A stretch of 41,399 nt of DNA from Microbacteriaceae bacterium UBA963 (GCA_002292955.1 DBCH01000042.1:537-41935); one strand, 5' to 3'; positions 33,901-40,689 are shown, numbered from the stretch's first letter. The notes: generated by a model not told the origin, from the sequence alone. Numbers and translations are program-made.

Positions 33901-36590
33901 ACCGTCGTGCCGGCTACCACCCGCGCGGTCACGTCAAGGGGCTGCGGCGCACGATTGCTCGCCGCATCGCGCGGTCGCACCGTGATAGTCACGACGCCCG
34001 TGGCCCACGCACCGTTATCGGCAATAACGCGATACGCCGCCGAATAGGTTCCCGCCTGTTCCGGGGCGAGGTAGCGAAGTTGTTGTGCCGTGGCAAACAG
34101 GAGACCGGCGCCCGCGGGAACCTGCTGATCGAGCTGCGGGGCAAGCGTCAGCACTCCGCCCGACGGATGCACATCGTTGGCGAGCACGGGAATATCAACC
34201 ACGTTCCCCGCACGAACCGTGGCGGCATCGGGAACGGCAATGGGCGGCAACGCTAGGGTCGGCGCGGCAGCCTCAACGACAGCGACCTGACCATCCGCCG
34301 AGGCGACACCGTTTGACACCCGGTAAGAGATTACGTGCACCCCGGCGAGGGGTCGCAACAGTGTGACGCGAATGAGGTGGTAGTCCACAACCTCGGCGCG
34401 CACATCCGCGGTGTTTCCTCCCGACGTGAGTCCGGTGACCACCAGGACACCCCCGCCGGGATCAACGTCCGTCGCGGTCACGTCCACCGTTCGCGTCTGC
34501 TGCAGACCCACCACGACCTGATGGGGTGCGGTGAGCGGCACCGAGTTCGCGCTGGGGCGCTCCACGACGTCGACCCGCACGAGACCCGAGCCGTTGCTGC
34601 GACCGTCGCTCACGGCGTACGTGACGTAGTAGGTGCCAAGCCGAGAGGGCGTGATCGAAAACGTGAAGTCGTCAAACTGCGGGACGATGTCGAGTCCCCG
34701 AACGCTCGGTACGCCCGTGAGGCTCACGGCGCTCGCGCCACCGCGCACGCGATCTGCGGGAGATACCGTGAGCGCTTCGTTGGGATAGGCCAACACGGCA
34801 AAAGCATCCGCCCGAAGCCCCACAGCCGAACCCGGCTTGACGGCTACTGTCACGGCACCGAAGCCGCTGGCAAGGCCGTCTGACACTTCGAGATCGATGC
34901 GCGCCGTGGTGCTCGCCGCACCCGAGTCAATAAACGACAGCCTGCCCCCCGGGGTAAAGCTGACCACCCCACCCGATGTCGTGCTCGCTTGCGCCAAGTG
35001 GATCGGATCGCCATCGGGGTCAATCCAGTCGCCGAGCACGCTGAGGGTGGCCTGCCCCCCGGACGCCACTTCGGCCTCCGTTTGACGCACCTGCTGCGGA
35101 GGAGAATTCTCTTGCGCGCCCCGCACGGTGACCGAAACAACAGCACTCGCCGTGCCGCCGCGTCCGTCATCGATGGTGTAGCTAAAGTCCACGACGCCCG
35201 ACGCGTCGGCGCTCAGTGCGAGGCGCACCGAGGTTCGGTCCGGCGCGATATCTACCGTGGCCTGAGGACTCGATGGAGGTGAGACGGCGGTCACCACGAG
35301 CACGTCACCGTTGGGGTCAAAGTCGTTGAGGAGCACGGGCAAGAACGTGACGCGCTCGGCGCGGGCGCCAAAAGCATCGTCTCGGGCAACCGGAGGTTGC
35401 GGCAACGGATCGAGGGTTTCGGTTCCCGTGTCGTCGGACACCACCGTTTGCTCCGTGGTTTGTTCGCTCAACAAATCGTCCCAGTTGTCGATGAGATGAA
35501 CACCGTCCTGGAGTGTCCACGAGGCCCCCGACGCTGTGTCGTTGAGCGCCAGCACACCGCCGCGCTCACGAATCTGCAGTTGCGCCCCGGAGTTCATTCC
35601 GTCGGCGTCGATATTCGACGCCACCATGCCCGGGCACTGCGAGAAGACGGTGCCCTGCGACCACGCCGCGAAGAGGCAGCCGTCCTGCTCGCGCGGCGCG
35701 GCGGGTCGACCCAGCGCCTCCTGCTCAATAATCGGGGTGACCTTTCCGCCGAGGGACACCCGGACCAAACCGTCGGCGAAGGCGATCGTCGCCTCGGTGG
35801 CAGTGCGCGACGGTTGAGCGAGCACCCCCTGAGTCGGAGTAATCGAGCTGTCTGCCAGGTTCACCTCGCGCCCGGGAAGAAAGAGATAACCCGCCGTGGG
35901 GTCGAGAACGGCCCACGCGCTGCCGACCACCGTGACACCGACCTGCTCGGCAGAGAGGGTCCGGGAAAGTGACTCGATCCGGGGCGGCGCGGCCTGTGAC
36001 ACGTCGACCGTGGTCACCGAGGAGTCTGCGACGCTCACCCCCACGAGGAGGCCACCGGGTTCGACCGCGATCTGCGACTTTGGTCCCACCGAGAAGCGGG
36101 CAGGAGCGCGCGCGTCAAACGAGTCGATCGACTTGAGGGGCACCACCCACACATCGCCCGTCTCCGCGGCGTGGGCCACCACAAAGTCATTGGTGAGCAC
36201 GACATCGGTGGCGCCGGCCGGAAGAGCCACGGGAGTCATCAGCGTGTTGGTGCGCTCGTCTACCGGCGTAATTGTGTGCTTGGCATCGTCGATGAGGAAG
36301 GCCGCCGTGGGTGACTGCAGTACGTCGATCAGGTCGGTCTGGGCCGCAACGATGCTGCCGAGTTCCTGGATGCGCGTGTTGGCCCGACCGAGAGCCTCCC
36401 GATCCGCGCTGGTGACCCACACCGCGCCGTCGGTGGCATTCACTCGGGCCGCGGTGAAACCGGAAGCCAGCACAATGCCGGCAATCAGTGCCACGACAGC
36501 CACAATCGCCACGACAACGGGAAGAAGAACGCGGACCCGTCTCACGGCCGGGCCTGCAGCGCCGCTCACGCTCGACCTCGCCGACGCCAC
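30984..36590 (-). CDS. Giant (1868 aa) N-terminally membrane-anchored surface protein
   Basis: - Short basic N-terminus and one TM helix (VLLPVVVAIVAVVALIAGIVLA, 36459-36530).
- An N-terminal region of about 350 aa with no motif I recognise.
- About 11 Ig/cadherin-like repeats of about 98 aa each carrying (V/L)L-x-N-D-x-D-P-x-G-like motifs (LLNDFDPNGD, VLGDWIDPDGD, VLANDVHPSGG, PLANDSDPGRR, VLANDQATNP).
- C-terminal FN3 signatures (LTLSWAAP..ITEYVV..YRFQVVAINGVG; IDVSWAAV..GYRVEIY..YSVRVAAVN; NLSWSAA..YYVW..YWFAVYAV).
- No LPXTG.
GTG start at 36590, or the GTGA-coupled GTG at 36569. Confidence 0.85.
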   Translation of the reverse strand: MASARSSVSGAAGPAVRRVRVLLPVVVAIVAVVALIAGIVLASGFTAARVNATDGAVWVTSADREALGRANTRIQELGSIVAAQTDLIDVLQSPTAAFLIDDAKHTITPVDERTNTLMTPVALPAGATDVVLTNDFVVAHAAETGDVWVVPLKSIDSFDARAPARFSVGPKSQIAVEPGGLLVGVSVADSSVTTVDVSQAAPPRIESLSRTLSAEQVGVTVVGSAWAVLDPTAGYLFLPGREVNLADSSITPTQGVLAQPSRTATEATIAFADGLVRVSLGGKVTPIIEQEALGRPAAPREQDGCLFAAWSQGTVFSQCPGMVASNIDADGMNSGAQLQIRERGGVLALNDTASGASWTLQDGVHLIDNWDDLLSEQTTEQTVVSDDTGTETLDPLPQPPVARDDAFGARAERVTFLPVLLNDFDPNGDVLVVTAVSPPSSPQATVDIAPDRTSVRLALSADASGVVDFSYTIDDGRGGTASAVVSVTVRGAQENSPPQQVRQTEAEVASGGQATLSVLGDWIDPDGDPIHLAQASTTSGGVVSFTPGGRLSFIDSGAASTTARIDLEVSDGLASGFGAVTVAVKPGSAVGLRADAFAVLAYPNEALTVSPADRVRGGASAVSLTGVPSVRGLDIVPQFDDFTFSITPSRLGTYYVTYAVSDGRSNGSGLVRVDVVERPSANSVPLTAPHQVVVGLQQTRTVDVTATDVDPGGGVLVVTGLTSGGNTADVRAEVVDYHLIRVTLLRPLAGVHVISYRVSNGVASADGQVAVVEAAAPTLALPPIAVPDAATVRAGNVVDIPVLANDVHPSGGVLTLAPQLDQQVPAGAGLLFATAQQLRYLAPEQAGTYSAAYRVIADNGAWATGVVTITVRPRDAASNRAPQPLDVTARVVAGTTVRIPLPLAKADPDGDNVQLAGLASNPTKGAVTAVGADWIEYEAGPYATETDVFLYSVLDGFGAEASGVIRVGIASVATGSTSPSAAPDAVVVRPGRTIVVDPLANDSDPGRRPLTITSVEPTTPGITAEILANQVFIMVPDQPGTYGLIYEISNDVAGTASSFITLDVRSDAPLNAPVLSDSVVALTEILTRSEVVVDPLANAFWADGDVRTLTPSIVAGYPGNARVESGNKIRVTVGQKSQVIPFSVTHPDDPSIVSYAFVWVPGTDDARPQVKLGVDPITVASEKTVRININDYVTAAGGKQVRLTSNDTVRATHANGDQLVIDDRTVEYTSENLYFGPASLSFEVTDGSSVDDPEGRRAVIVLPIVVTPRGNQPPVLQDTQIDLEPDSTKEIDLVKITRYPYAKNVGELTFRLRGSTEGVTTRIEGTNLTITAAPGAVKGSTLALEVTPSDAVSEGKAGTVLIAIVPSTRPLAVPQSDTATVRRGSAVEVDVLANDQATNPFPNTPLRVIAVRGTDTADLPEGVTVLPSPDKSRLNVVVAESARAADVTLQYEVADATNDPDRYSWGVVTIAIQDVPDSPTVPVRAAGFVNGELTLSWAAPAGNNSPITEYVVTSDGGYTRTCAATVCTLDGLPTGAKYRFQVVAINGVGTSAPSPWSEPLGADRSPPAPAEVTVSRVNYNSARPAGGGIDVSWAAVSAPTGASAVNGYRVEIYEDGGLIADLRAAASDTSIPTYWGRAGSAYSVRVAAVNDSDTLDWNWQTSATVTAAGPPVWGGGLSADASGMNLSWSAADRRGAPEAPVYYVWRSSSEVSASCPADPATGATASTTATTWSDSEPLADGTYWFAVYAVTPWGCAGDVTSVTVTTVPGTASYGEATLTALDASTTRITVVSPTVDRAAALVAVWQVQIGASWFDLVADVATASSFTFDAPTGDLANPFTITIRGCTAEGVCGAAGGSATIPVPTFGE
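32169..35402 (-). repeat. Protein-level tandem array of about 11 Ig/cadherin-like modules of about 98 aa within the giant gene
   Basis: Module starts are near residues 397, 496, 588, 682, 781, 879, 979, 1070, 1167, 1270 and 1369. Each opens with a Pro-rich P-x-A/V-x-D segment followed by an N-D-x-D-P-type motif. The copies are divergent and there is no long DNA identity, so the array is ancient rather than recent. Confidence 0.6.
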
Positions 36591-37528
36591 GGTCGGCGTC
36601 GATAGGGAACAACGTCGGCGAGCTGCGTTTCACCCCCGGAGGGGGCAAGGGCATCTAGGTAAACGGGAACATCAATCTGTGTTTGCGCGATGCCCAGCTC
36701 CGCCTCGACCGCTTGCAGATCTCGCGCAAACGCCAACGCCGACAGTGGTCGCGTGAGCGGATCCAGGGACAGGCTGCGCGTCAGCAATTGACGCAGGGAG
36801 TCGGGCACATCCACCCGGTCGATGTCGGCGGGCTTGCCCTTGAGGATGCGCCCCGCAATGACACCGGGCGCGTTGTCGCGACCGGTGCGCTCGAACGGTG
36901 TGCGCTGCGCGAGCAGCGAGTACAGGGTGGCCGCCAGAGAGAAGATATCGGTGGCAACGGTGCCCGTGGTGTCCTGCGAGATGATCTCCGGTGCCGACCA
37001 CGGCACACTCAGGCCCTGCGCATCGCCGCGGTCCGAGGCAGCCACCGTGGCGGCAATACCAAAGTCACTCAGCACCGCGTGCCCGTAGGTGGTGAAGAGA
37101 ATGTTGGCCGGTTTGAGGTCCCGATGCAGCACATTGGATCGGTGGGCGGTCTCGAGTGCCGAGGCCATGCGCACTCCCGTACGCAGCACCTCGGGCACCG
37201 AAATGCGCGCCGTGCGATACGTGTCCCCGTAGCCGGACGGACAGTACTCCATGACGAGGTAGAGCCGTCCGTCGGCCGCCACCCCAGCGTCGAAGACGGT
37301 GAGGATGGCGGGATGTGTGCTCACGTGTGCCATAAGACGAGACTCGGCCACGAACATTTGAGTTGCCCGTGGATTTACCGTATCCGAGAGGAGAACTTTG
37401 ACCGCAACCTGACGGCGCGGGAGGTCCTGCTCGTAGAGAAACACGTCGGCAAAACCGCCCGAGCCGAGGGCTCGGACAAACGAAAACCCGCTGAGAACCG
37501 GAGGCTCGGTGGGAATGCGCCGGGCCAT
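36566..37528 (-). CDS. Hanks-type Ser/Thr protein kinase, catalytic domain only (no TM or sensor domain)
   Basis: LGSGGFADVF Gly-loop, VAVKVL Lys, HRDLKPANILF, DFGIA and SAPE. The C-terminal tail is short and basic. Start at ATG 37528 (4 nt after the PP2C stop) or GTG 37546 (14-nt overlap). The stop overlaps candidate starts of the giant gene. Confidence 0.9.
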   Translation of the reverse strand: MARRIPTEPPVLSGFSFVRALGSGGFADVFLYEQDLPRRQVAVKVLLSDTVNPRATQMFVAESRLMAHVSTHPAILTVFDAGVAADGRLYLVMEYCPSGYGDTYRTARISVPEVLRTGVRMASALETAHRSNVLHRDLKPANILFTTYGHAVLSDFGIAATVAASDRGDAQGLSVPWSAPEIISQDTTGTVATDIFSLAATLYSLLAQRTPFERTGRDNAPGVIAGRILKGKPADIDRVDVPDSLRQLLTRSLSLDPLTRPLSALAFARDLQAVEAELGIAQTQIDVPVYLDALAPSGGETQLADVVPYRRRPWRRRGRA

Positions 37529-37532
37529 GGGA

Positions 37533-38372
37533 CTATCCCGTCTCACCGGGCGGGGTCACGGCGAGCACGTCGATTACAACGACGGTGATGTTGTCGCGCC
37601 CACTGTTGCTGAGCGCGTTCTTGAGGAGCTCGTGAGCGGCCTCCTCGGCCGTGGCGGTCGTGACGAGAAAGTGTTCAATGCCCACATCGGTAATTTCTTT
37701 GGTGAGCCCATCAGTACACAGCAACACGCGCGACGCTGGCACGAGCGGAAAGGTCGAAAACTCGGGCACCGGGGGTTCCATGAGCCCGACGGCACGCGTG
37801 ATCACATTTGCGTGCGGGTGAATGTCCGCTTCGTCGCGCGTGATTGAACCGGCATCCACCAGCTGTTGCACCACGGAGTGGTCGCGAGTCAGTTGCTCGA
37901 GAACGCCGTCGACGAGACCGTAAACCCGAGAATCACCGATATTAAACACCGCCCACTCCAGGCCACCTTCGGCGAGCACCAGTGCCGCACCGGTCACTGT
38001 CGTGCCGGCCGACCGCTGTGCGTCGCTGACCTGAGCGCCCAAGTCGGACACGGCCCGCTCGAGCGCCGGCTGGACATCGTCGATATTGGCAAAACCGTCG
38101 CTCTGCAGCTCCGCCAGTCGCGAGACCACTGCGCCGCTGGCGATATCACCCGCCGAGTGTCCGCCCATGCCGTCGGCCACCGCAAAAACGGGACACGCAG
38201 CCACAAAGCTGTCTTCGTTGGCCGAGCGGTGCAGTCCCACATCGGTGGCTACGGCCCACGAGATCGTGACGGTGGCGCCGGTAACGGAGTCGCGCACGGT
38301 GTGCCCCGTGGTGTTGACTCCGATAGCGGTCACGACTCGATACTCCCCTGCAAATAGGTTTCCCCGCTGCAC
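37533..38372 (-). CDS. PP2C-family Ser/Thr phosphatase
   Basis: NEDSF, AVADGMGGHSAGDIAS, NIGDSRVY, LLCTDGL and GRDNITVVVIDV. The GTG start at 38372 lies 5 nt after the FHA gene stop. The exact start is uncertain because several in-frame GTGs follow. Confidence 0.9.
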   Translation of the reverse strand: MQRGNLFAGEYRVVTAIGVNTTGHTVRDSVTGATVTISWAVATDVGLHRSANEDSFVAACPVFAVADGMGGHSAGDIASGAVVSRLAELQSDGFANIDDVQPALERAVSDLGAQVSDAQRSAGTTVTGAALVLAEGGLEWAVFNIGDSRVYGLVDGVLEQLTRDHSVVQQLVDAGSITRDEADIHPHANVITRAVGLMEPPVPEFSTFPLVPASRVLLCTDGLTKEITDVGIEHFLVTTATAEEAAHELLKNALSNSGRDNITVVVIDVLAVTPPGETG

Positions 38373-38377
38373 GGGCC

Positions 38378-39046
38378 TCAGATCTGAGAGTGCGACCGAG
38401 CGGGGATAACCATAATTCTACCGCTGTGCCCAAATTCCACGGTCGCCTCGCCGGTCGTTGTGTAGGTCTCCCGCGGACCGAGACGACGCGGGGTCTGACC
38501 GGGCACGCGAACGCGCGTTCCATTGGCCGACCCGAGGTCGGTTATGACGACTCCAGCGCCCGTCTGTTCCAGCATCAGGTGAGACGCCGACACTTCGCGA
38601 TCATCTCCCGGCCACGACAGCAAGAGCACGCGTTCTTGGGGTCCGAGGGGTGTGCGGGGAGCACGTCCCAACACAATGGGGCGATGCAGGGTGAACTCTT
38701 GGCCACCGGGTTCCCGCAAGCGGGCGCAGGTCTCGGGGTCCGGGGCAGTCGAGATGCGGGGAACGACGCGAACATCGGTGAGGTCGTCGACCGGTTGAGC
38801 TGTTCCCGCGGGTGCTCCCACAACGACAGTGGACTCTTCGATGATGACGGTGTCGTCACCAGCGGCTATCCGCGTCTGATCGTCACGCAGGGTCGTGATG
38901 TCGCGCACGGTGTCGTCCGCAACGATCAAGCGGGTCGTTTCTGCGCTCAGGCGGGTCGTTTCTGCGCTCAGTAGCGTCGCGTCATCCAGATCGTCATCCA
39001 GGCCGTCATCCAGCTCGTAATCTGCCCCGTTATCCGCCATGTGCAT
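38378..39046 (-). CDS. FHA-domain protein with acidic, Thr-containing N-terminal region
   Basis: 222 aa. N-terminus DYELDDGLDDDLDD, then a duplicated LSAETTR. C-terminal FHA signature VLGRAP..SASHLMLE..VITDLGSANGTRV. First gene of the block. Start at ATG 39046 or ATG 39040. Confidence 0.8.
   Translation of the reverse strand: MHMADNGADYELDDGLDDDLDDATLLSAETTRLSAETTRLIVADDTVRDITTLRDDQTRIAAGDDTVIIEESTVVVGAPAGTAQPVDDLTDVRVVPRISTAPDPETCARLREPGGQEFTLHRPIVLGRAPRTPLGPQERVLLLSWPGDDREVSASHLMLEQTGAGVVITDLGSANGTRVRVPGQTPRRLGPRETYTTTGEATVEFGHSGRIMVIPARSHSQI
38930..38971 (-). repeat. Perfect in-frame 21-bp tandem duplication (two copies) in the FHA gene
   Basis: GCGGGTCGTTTCTGCGCTCAG occurs at 38930-38950 and again at 38951-38971 with no mismatch. 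It encodes LSAETTR twice. Confidence 0.95.
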
Positions 39047-39052
39047 ACTTTA
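39047..39052 (-). promoter_or_regulatory. Candidate -10 hexamer (TAAAGT) for a leaderless transcript of the nine-gene block
   Basis: On the minus strand TAAAGT abuts ATG 39046 and ends 6 nt before the second ATG (39040). No SD is present upstream of either ATG. Confidence 0.3.
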
Positions 39053-39073
39053 TGTTGTGGGGTCGCCCGCATG

Positions 39074-39093
39074 TTTATTTGCTTGCCAACACG
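39074..39093. promoter_or_regulatory. Palindrome TGCCAA-N8-TTGGCA in the divergent intergenic region (candidate operator)
   Basis: Exact 6-bp inverted arms at 39074-39079 and 39088-39093. They lie within the 111-nt gap between the FHA gene and the aminotransferase gene. Confidence 0.25.
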
Positions 39094-39157
39094 CGGCTTG
39101 GCAGAATCAAGGGGGAAGCAAACGGCCCCCGACAACAACGCGGGCCGACGGAGAGAT

Positions 39158-40588
39158 ATGAGCCTCGAAACCCACCACAGCGTCGCCCTCGATCACGAGG
39201 GGCTCGTGACGGGCGATTTCCGTCAAGACAACGACGCCCTGCAGACCAAAGCGCGCGACCACCTGTGGATGCACTTCACCCGCCAGTCGAACATGCACGA
39301 GATGGGTGTGCCCATCATTGTTCGCGGCGAGGGCCACACCATCTACGACACTCAGGGGCGTTCCTACATCGATGGGCTCTCCGGCCTGTTCACCGTAAAC
39401 GCGGGCTACGGTCGTCGTCGCCTTGCCGAGGCCGCCGCCAAGCAGATGGAAGAACTCGCCTTCTTCCCCATCTGGTCTTACGCACACCCGTCTGCCATCG
39501 AGTTGGCCGATCGGCTTGCCGATTACGCTCCGGGCGACCTGAACCGCGTCTTTTTTGCGACCGGCGGTGGCGAGGCAAACGAGACGGCGTGGAAGCTCGC
39601 TAAGCAGTACTGGAAACTTCAGGGCAAGCCCATGAAGACCAAGGCAATTGCCCGGTCGGTCGCGTATCACGGCACTCCCCAGGGGGCACTCTCTCTCACC
39701 GGAATTCCGGCGATGAAGCAAATGTTTGAGCCGCTCGTGCCCTCGGCTCACCACGTGGCCAACACCGACTTCTATCGAGCCCCGGAGCACGGCGACGACC
39801 TGCTGGCCTTCGGTCAGTGGGCCGCTAACCAGATCGAACAGGCTATTTTGTCTGAAGGGCCCGACACGGTTGCCGCGGTATTCCTCGAGCCGGTGCAGAA
39901 CGCGGGCGGATGTTTGACCCCGCCGCCCGGATACTTCCAGCGGGTTCGCGAGATCTGCGACAAGTACGAGGTGCTCTTGGTGAGCGACGAAGTGATCTGT
40001 GCGTTCGGTCGCATCGGCAACATCTTTGCGTGCACCACCTACGACTTCGTGCCCGACATGATCACATGCGCCAAGGCCATGACGAGTGGCTACTCGCCCA
40101 TTGCCGCCACGATTATCTCCGATCGCATCTACGAGCCTTTTAGCACGGGCAAGGTCACCTTCCCGCACGGATACACGTTTGCCGGCCACCCGGTTTCGGC
40201 GGCTGTAGCGCTGGCCAACCTCGACATTTTTGACGAAGAAGATCTGTGCGGAAACGTGCGCCGCAACAGTCCCCTGTTTCGCGCCGAACTCGAGACGCTC
40301 CTCGACAACCCCATTGTGGGGGATGTGCGGGGCGACGGCTACTTCTTTGCCCTCGAGTTCGTCAAAGACAAGGCCACCAAGCAGACCTTCGACGCCGATG
40401 AGCGCGAACGTCTGCTGCGCGGCTTCCTGTCCACCGCCGTGTTTGATGCGGGTCTGTACTGTCGAGCCGACGATCGCGGAAACTCGGTTCTCACCCTCGC
40501 GCCGCCGCTGACCACCGGCCCCAAGGAGTTTGCCGAAATCCGCGAGATTCTGTCGGACGTGTTGACGCGCGCCCTCGAGGTCATCTAG
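39158..40588 (+). CDS. Class III PLP-dependent aminotransferase (omega-amino acid / diamine transaminase-like)
   Basis: Start at ATG 39158, preceded by GGAGAG. Motifs LWMHFT, GGGEANETA, DEVICAFGRIG and the PLP-lysine context MITCAKAMTSGYSP. The track ORF begins earlier, at 39041. Confidence 0.88.
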   Translation: MSLETHHSVALDHEGLVTGDFRQDNDALQTKARDHLWMHFTRQSNMHEMGVPIIVRGEGHTIYDTQGRSYIDGLSGLFTVNAGYGRRRLAEAAAKQMEELAFFPIWSYAHPSAIELADRLADYAPGDLNRVFFATGGGEANETAWKLAKQYWKLQGKPMKTKAIARSVAYHGTPQGALSLTGIPAMKQMFEPLVPSAHHVANTDFYRAPEHGDDLLAFGQWAANQIEQAILSEGPDTVAAVFLEPVQNAGGCLTPPPGYFQRVREICDKYEVLLVSDEVICAFGRIGNIFACTTYDFVPDMITCAKAMTSGYSPIAATIISDRIYEPFSTGKVTFPHGYTFAGHPVSAAVALANLDIFDEEDLCGNVRRNSPLFRAELETLLDNPIVGDVRGDGYFFALEFVKDKATKQTFDADERERLLRGFLSTAVFDAGLYCRADDRGNSVLTLAPPLTTGPKEFAEIREILSDVLTRALEVI

Positions 40589-40677
40589 CCTCTTTCACTT
40601 GCGTTTCTCACCGGCGTTGATCTGAGGCACTATCGTCGCGTCCGGAGAGGCGAAGCGGCGGAGTATTCTTCCCGTCG

Positions 40678-40683
40678 TAGGGT
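40678..40683 (+). promoter_or_regulatory. Candidate -10 hexamer (TAGGGT) for a leaderless tspO transcript
   Basis: A TANNNT hexamer ends 6 nt before ATG 40690. No SD is present. Confidence 0.35.
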
Positions 40684-40689
40684 AAACCT

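Noticed and set aside
30984-36590. Sortase-anchored (LPXTG) adhesin or S-layer protein call for the giant ORF.
   Set aside because: The C-terminus (..SATIPVPTFGE) has no LPXTG motif, hydrophobic stretch or basic tail. Anchoring is by the N-terminal TM helix instead.
23207-39046. Calling the block a type VII (ESX/Ess) secretion locus.
   Set aside because: Only the FtsK/SpoIIIE ATPase and FHA elements are shared. I saw no WXG100-size ORFs and no EccB/EccD/EccE/mycosin or EsaA/EssA/EssB-like genes. The ATPase has two rather than three P-loop modules.
23207-39046. Genomic island or mobile element interpretation of the nine-gene block.
   Set aside because: There is no integrase, transposase or recombinase, no flanking tRNA or direct repeats, and no obvious base-composition break by eye. 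This cannot be fully excluded without k-mer statistics.
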